The notes beneath the pieces are model-generated. The model had not been told where the DNA came from and did not search any database. It saw only the letters and a list, made by a program, of their open reading frames with translations. This document shows, piece after piece, positions 31,791-36,688 of a stretch of 36,688 nucleotides of DNA. A program made the position numbers and the translations under genes. This DNA comes from a virus. Lineage: Duplodnaviria > Caudoviricetes. How positions within the stretch are numbered: position 1 is the first letter of the stretch; the number at the start of each line of letters is the position of its first letter. Location: positions 1 through 36,688 of the IMG/VR virus record IMGVR_UViG_3300032237_000091, one strand, 5' to 3'.

Positions 31791-33877
31791 TATCTTCTTC
31801 CGTCAGGTCTGATATCTATACGAGGACTACCCAACTGCCAAGCTACCCCAACACTATTGGACTCAATCCTAAATGCTAATTGACGACCTCTTAGCCGTGT
31901 GTATACCTGACCTGTAAACTGTTGAATGTTATAAAGTCTTGATGCACCGTAATTGTCGGCACTTTGTACAGTTGGACTATCGGCTTGACCATATGCAGTT
32001 CCTGAGTTAACTCTAGGTTTTACGGTCATTGTGCAATACGGTTGATTAACGTAAGAACCGTTAAAGTTTACGTCTGGCAGAATTCTCCATACAAATCCAA
32101 AATTGTGTCCATCACCAATATCAAAGTCGGAAGACTGAACATAAGCATCAATAGGCAACGCAGATCCTGTAGCGACATCATCTACTCCATTTTCGTGATT
32201 AAGGAGCCTACTATTATAATCTGCCGCAATAGGATATGTCTTAATTGTAGAAGATAACCACGCTGTACGTGCCATAGAACCGTAATACCACACTTGATCT
32301 AGGTAGTTATAGATGACATAACTATCAATTGTATTTGAATTAGCCGAACAGTAGAACCACCAAACCTCGTTATATCCTTCGTTAGATCCGCAGAATACTT
32401 GGAAGTTTTGGTTGATGTTTAAACCATCAAATACGTATTGACGGACTGAACAAGGTAGGGTTTGTACTGTACCTGAATAGACATAGAACTTATCACGCCC
32501 CATCCAATAAGTCACGTTATTTACTGTAATCATAGCGTTAGGTGACATGATGGTAATATTGTCCATCAAAATCTGAAAACCCCAAACATAAGGCGCACCT
32601 AAATACTGCATGGAATATATGGCAGAATCAGTCCAAACTAGAATTTCTTGGCGGGTTGCACGAGCGCCCATAATATAAGAACCGTTTGTTAATGCAAATT
32701 CACCAGATTGATTAGTTACTGCGGGTGTCCAATTTACAGGGTTAGCTTGGTCTGACCATCTAACAAGCATAGGGTTAAATGTATGTGTAGCGTCAGTATA
32801 CGAATCAGCGCCCATACAAATAATAAACTGTTGAATAGGGGCACTTAATACTTGATTCGTTTTTAATGGTACAGAAGATGCACCCGCTAAACTAGATAAC
32901 AATACTGCCCTTGTAGCCAAACCGTTTGCATCTTGCCACACATAAACACCACCGCCACGAGGTGCAATATATAAATCTTGTCCATAGTTGTCATTAGACC
33001 AAAGACGTAGTGTAGTAGTAACCCCAATGCCGGGACCAGCAGAACTCCACGTACCACGACTCCATGCCCCTGTGCTCCAACCTGTACCAACAACGTTTAC
33101 ATCTGTTCCTGTAGGATATAAATATTTAGCAGTTACAGTACTACCACCATTGGCGGAGGCAGTTGAAAAAACCGGAGTTGTTGTATTAATATCTGTGGTT
33201 GAAATATAATAAGTTGAACTTGATCCGTTGGGTATATTAATTACAATATATTGTCCACTAATTGTAATTCCATTAACTGCCGAAGCGCCTGAATATAAAA
33301 TATAATCGCCAACGCTAGGTTGATAAGTAGCGTCCGTAACCAACATAGAAGAACTACCTACTGCCGCACCTGTCGTATGACTAGCTACCGTTGTACTATT
33401 GTATCCACGGGTTAACCCTGATAAGACATTGCCCGCTATGGTTGTATATGCAATCTGTTCTGAATCAATTTTAATGACACCATTCACAGGAAATGATGCG
33501 GCTGAAGTTAAAGTAAGCGAAGTTGCAGTGCTAGTAATCGTACCATTTAAAGTGCTATACGCAGTAGTAAACGGGTTGGTTAATGTATCTGTTTGGTATA
33601 CAGGAGTTATGTCGTTATATATTCCACCTTGTTCAATATAATATTTGGAACTTGTTCCAACACCTAGATAGTTATTCCCAGCTAAATCAACCCAAGTCCA
33701 AAGTGCACGGGCGGTTCCTAAAAATTGATTAGACGCATATTGAGTCCAACCACCAATCTTTTCAGGAAAGCCTGAACGAAATCGTATTTTGTCACAGTCA
33801 TAGTATCCACCCTCGTTAGAGTAGTCGGTACCCTCTCGGTTAATTCCGGGTCTAAACTGTAACTTCTGTAATGGCAT
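31790..33877 (-). CDS. head-closure / tail tube protein (P22 gp10-like)
   Basis: RFRSG.PEKIGGW, VRWSDQ, EVWWFY, RLRGRQ; beta-rich; expected gene position. Confidence 0.75.
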   Translation of the reverse strand: MPLQKLQFRPGINREGTDYSNEGGYYDCDKIRFRSGFPEKIGGWTQYASNQFLGTARALWTWVDLAGNNYLGVGTSSKYYIEQGGIYNDITPVYQTDTLTNPFTTAYSTLNGTITSTATSLTLTSAASFPVNGVIKIDSEQIAYTTIAGNVLSGLTRGYNSTTVASHTTGAAVGSSSMLVTDATYQPSVGDYILYSGASAVNGITISGQYIVINIPNGSSSTYYISTTDINTTTPVFSTASANGGSTVTAKYLYPTGTDVNVVGTGWSTGAWSRGTWSSAGPGIGVTTTLRLWSNDNYGQDLYIAPRGGGVYVWQDANGLATRAVLLSSLAGASSVPLKTNQVLSAPIQQFIICMGADSYTDATHTFNPMLVRWSDQANPVNWTPAVTNQSGEFALTNGSYIMGARATRQEILVWTDSAIYSMQYLGAPYVWGFQILMDNITIMSPNAMITVNNVTYWMGRDKFYVYSGTVQTLPCSVRQYVFDGLNINQNFQVFCGSNEGYNEVWWFYCSANSNTIDSYVIYNYLDQVWYYGSMARTAWLSSTIKTYPIAADYNSRLLNHENGVDDVATGSALPIDAYVQSSDFDIGDGHNFGFVWRILPDVNFNGSYVNQPYCTMTVKPRVNSGTAYGQADSPTVQSADNYGASRLYNIQQFTGQVYTRLRGRQLAFRIESNSVGVAWQLGSPRIDIRPDGRR

Positions 33878-33880
33878 GGT

Positions 33881-34399
33881 TTACCCTAACATTGAATCGG
33901 CAGTAACTTTAACTTCTGCAACACGTCTTAACCATCCTACTCCAAATGTAGGGAAAGTACCTAATGATCTATAAAAAACTTCTTTTAAATGACTAAACTT
34001 TTGGAGTAAATCTCTATGGTTTTGTTTTTCAATGGCTTGCATTGTGCCTGAACCTATAACACCGTCCGCAGTAACTCCAGCAGCTTCTTGAATAAGTTTT
34101 GCGGCTCTGCCTACGCCCATGTTAACAGCACTATCAAATACAGCATAGTCAATACCGGCAGGTAAATCATCGCCATGAATCTTGTCCCAGTAAAGTTGTT
34201 TATAAAGGTCATGTACATCTTGGTCGCTTATATTCTTTAAGTCATCTTTAGTTAAATGTGGATTACGTTTCCATTCTTTAAATACGGCAAACGTAATGCC
34301 TTTCATCGTAGCTCCACCTGGGTCTTTTGGATTATCACTCCATAATCCTTCTGACTTTAATACGTGTGCTAAAGCTGTATCAAAATTATTTTTCATCAT
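33881..34399 (-). CDS. endolysin, glycoside hydrolase family 108 with peptidoglycan-binding domain
   Basis: EG.WSDNPKDPGGAT.KGIT, FD.AVN.G, DGVIG..T, FG.GWLRR. Confidence 0.92.
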   Translation of the reverse strand: MMKNNFDTALAHVLKSEGLWSDNPKDPGGATMKGITFAVFKEWKRNPHLTKDDLKNISDQDVHDLYKQLYWDKIHGDDLPAGIDYAVFDSAVNMGVGRAAKLIQEAAGVTADGVIGSGTMQAIEKQNHRDLLQKFSHLKEVFYRSLGTFPTFGVGWLRRVAEVKVTADSMLG

Positions 34400-34598
34400 C
34401 GCTTCCTATCTTAATCCCTGTAATTAATCCAATAAATCCACCAATCACCGTTTGAAATGCTGGTCCAATAATCTGAAATACTTTATCTGTATCAAAGTTT
34501 GGGTCAATGACTGCATACGCAAACATAAGAAGCATACTAATTACAACAGCCACCAATGACCAAGCGGCAATTAACATAACGTGTTCTTTTGTATTCAT
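34386..34598 (-). CDS. small 2-TM membrane protein (holin/antiholin candidate)
   Basis: Two hydrophobic segments; adjacent to the endolysin. Confidence 0.7.
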   Translation of the reverse strand: MNTKEHVMLIAAWSLVAVVISMLLMFAYAVIDPNFDTDKVFQIIGPAFQTVIGGFIGLITGIKIGSDDEK

Positions 34599-34993
34599 TT
34601 ATCACCTTTCTTAGCCATAATCTTTTCAAGTGTTCTACCACCAAAATATGCTGACATAATAAGCATCCCCCACTGTCCAAGTAGTTCTACATACGCTTGA
34701 TTAACATTTACATCAAATGCAGAAAATCCAGCAAAGGTAGTGTAAACACCTAAAATGAATATAAGCGTCATAGGTCGTATATTTTTACTTAGCCAAGAGT
34801 CAGATGCCAAGTCGGCTTTCCAACGGTCTGAGACGTTATTTTGCTCGTTCATGTCGGCTTGTAATTCTGCCAACTGTCCATCATTAGCAAGTTTTTGAAG
34901 TTCTAATTGAGCCTGTGCTTTGGCTTGTGGGTCAGGAATTACCTTGTCAATTATCTTAAGACCTGCACCAACGATATCGTCTATACCAAACAT
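34595..34993 (-). CDS. 3TM-family holin
   Basis: IIDKVIPDP..KA.A.L.L, SWLSKNIRP, YFGGRTLEK. Confidence 0.85.
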   Translation of the reverse strand: MFGIDDIVGAGLKIIDKVIPDPQAKAQAQLELQKLANDGQLAELQADMNEQNNVSDRWKADLASDSWLSKNIRPMTLIFILGVYTTFAGFSAFDVNVNQAYVELLGQWGMLIMSAYFGGRTLEKIMAKKGDK

Positions 34994-35000
34994 AGATACC

Positions 35001-35075
35001 TCATTTTAAAAGTAACATAATCATCATACAAATTAATGCAAACATTGTCCACCAGCGAAACACATCCTCATCCAC
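35001..35075 (-). CDS. tiny hydrophobic peptide (24 aa)
   Basis: Hand-translated from GTG: MDEDVFRWWTMFALICMMIMLLLK; fills the gap before the holin. Confidence 0.4.
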   Translation of the reverse strand: MDEDVFRWWTMFALICMMIMLLLK

Positions 35076-35232
35076 GGACTATATCCCTCTTGGTTCGCAC
35101 TACAACTTTAGTTTGTTTAGGAAATTTCATTTTTGTTTGATCTATCTTTTCTGCTAAATGTAAATAAACTACGCATCCCCATATCACCAATTCTATGAGA
35201 TAAAGAATAAAACACAATGTTAACCATGTCAT
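35068..35232 (-). CDS. small single-TM protein (54 aa)
   Basis: Hand-translated MTWLTLCFILYLIELVIWGCVVYL...; ATGA overlap with the upstream gene. Confidence 0.6.
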   Translation of the reverse strand: MTWLTLCFILYLIELVIWGCVVYLHLAEKIDQTKMKFPKQTKVVVRTKRDIVRG

Positions 35233-35681
35233 ACAAGGTCAAACTTCCACAAAAGATAGGTGATGAAAGCCGCTACTACCCAACAATAAAACTGCACCCT
35301 CTTTACATCATCTAACTTATGCCCGTAATACTTCTTGTTATCTTTGTGTTCTTTCTCAACAACTTCTTTTAACTCTAAAACCTTGTTCCATTCCTTCTCA
35401 CCGTATCGCTGTTTAAATTCTTCTTCAGCTTTATTCTCGGCAATGATGACGGCTTTCTGTGCTTCGTATTCTTGGATGGCTCTATATATCATAGAGTTTT
35501 CCGATGCTTCTTCTACTAACCGCTTACGCTTCAGCGTTTCTAATTCCTGCCTTGCTACCTCTACTCCGTCATGCTGTATATCTTCAATGCTTTTGGTAAG
35601 GCTTTTACCTGCTTCACGAGCCTGACTCAGACCTTCGCTTAACGACTTTGCACCTTCGGCAATCGGATTGATCTCTGGCAT
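35229..35681 (-). CDS. coiled-coil protein with C-terminal TM helix
   Basis: 150-aa ORF with a hydrophobic C-terminus. Confidence 0.75.
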   Translation of the reverse strand: MPEINPIAEGAKSLSEGLSQAREAGKSLTKSIEDIQHDGVEVARQELETLKRKRLVEEASENSMIYRAIQEYEAQKAVIIAENKAEEEFKQRYGEKEWNKVLELKEVVEKEHKDNKKYYGHKLDDVKRVQFYCWVVAAFITYLLWKFDLV

Positions 35682-35692
35682 TCACTTAGTAT

Positions 35693-36688
35693 TTAACCTT
35701 TCAACGCAGCAAGTTCAGTTTTTAAAGAATCTACCTCTGCTTTAAGTTCTTGTATTGCTTTCATTGCAACATATAAAAGTTTATCTGTACTTGGTTGTTT
35801 TAAATCACCAACTTCCATAACAAGATTAGGGTCAACTGTTTCTAATTGTTGAGAAGTTACACCGCAATCAATATGTTCAGATAAAAATGTTTTTGTTGGA
35901 TCATAATCAAAAGATTTAAATTGAATTTTATCAATTGTATCTAAAGCATTATATGTAGATGGCTCAATGTTTTTCTTTAATGATTCATCAGATGGGACAA
36001 AATTAATACCATAAGCAGTGCCGTCAATAATTACTGCCAAATAAGAACCACTACCAACGGTCCAGCCTCCAAGTCTTCCATCGGTATTAACCATAGCCCA
36101 ACCTTGTTGACCCAAGTTATCACCAGCAAAACACCAAATACCACCATTACCATTACTATTTCCTACAGTAACGGATGCCCCATAAGCAGGACCAGCAACT
36201 CCGCCAATTAATAGCGGACTTATATTGCCGATACCCAACCAACGAGATGTAGTGTTTGCCCCATTTACCGCATCAATTCTTCCTATACTTCCTGAAGAAG
36301 AAATATGAACATAAGCATCTGCCGAATACCCTAAAAACGCATCACTTTGTTGTATTAATTGCCCAGTAATTGTCATACCAGAACACTGATATGCATTACT
36401 TGTATTTAAAGCATTTGCATAACCAGCAAAGGTGGCTGAACCTGCATTGCCGCCAATGTTAATGTTATAAGAACCACCATCAGACCTAACAATTTGATAG
36501 TAAGTACCATTATTTATAGACATTGTGCCGTTATATCTTAATGCTACCCATTGTGATGCTAAATTACCAATTTGCAAATCACCAGAACTAATTGCTACGT
36601 TTGCTGCCCCACTTACATTTAACGATGCAACACTATAAGAATTGCTAGTATTTAAAGCATTTGCAGAACTAGCAGTTGCGGCATTGCC
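35693..36688 (-). CDS. tail fibre C-terminus with peptidase S74 intramolecular chaperone (5'-truncated by the window)
   Basis: SDESLKKNI...G..SQ.L..V.P..V...AIQEL; ANALNTSN repeated; frame open to the window edge. Confidence 0.85.
   Translation of the reverse strand, partial: GNAATASSANALNTSNSYSVASLNVSGAANVAISSGDLQIGNLASQWVALRYNGTMSINNGTYYQIVRSDGGSYNINIGGNAGSATFAGYANALNTSNAYQCSGMTITGQLIQQSDAFLGYSADAYVHISSSGSIGRIDAVNGANTTSRWLGIGNISPLLIGGVAGPAYGASVTVGNSNGNGGIWCFAGDNLGQQGWAMVNTDGRLGGWTVGSGSYLAVIIDGTAYGINFVPSDESLKKNIEPSTYNALDTIDKIQFKSFDYDPTKTFLSEHIDCGVTSQQLETVDPNLVMEVGDLKQPSTDKLLYVAMKAIQELKAEVDSLKTELAALKG

Noticed and set aside
1206-35625. Many short antisense or alternate-frame ORFs in the track
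   Set aside because: They are shadows of long motif-bearing genes, with no RBS or recognisable motifs.
1-36688. Stop-codon recoding, introns, inteins or IS elements
   Set aside because: Genes are intact and tightly packed in the standard code, polA and the helicases show no large insertions, and no transposase is seen.

Overview
Internal 36.7-kb segment of a tailed dsDNA phage, probably podovirus-like with a P22-like gp10/gp14/gp7 ejection module. It has two convergent arms meeting at about 18.4 kb. Plus strand 48-5739: early cassette (MoxR-type AAA ATPase, HExxH+vWA protein, DUF3150-like protein, unknowns). Plus strand 6029-18369: replication genes (VRR-NUC, PolA, Cas4-like exonuclease, HNH, SNF2 helicase, SSB-like protein, HTH, primase-helicase). 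Minus strand 36688-18443: tail fibre, lysis, head-closure and ejection proteins, ending in a 2605-aa polyvalent protein. The most striking unexplained signal is non-coding. Each plus-strand block ends in a candidate small RNA (5736-5889 and 18382-18444) with its own sigma70-type promoter, a GUAAC..GGUUAC 5' hairpin and a UNCG-loop terminator. Each candidate carries 12-16 nt complementary to ribosome-binding sites of genes in the phage itself. Three early genes share an identical RBS leader preceded by a 25-bp palindrome. This suggests a phage-encoded two-sRNA translational timing circuit. That function is inference and no database search was possible; family assignments come from motif recognition.
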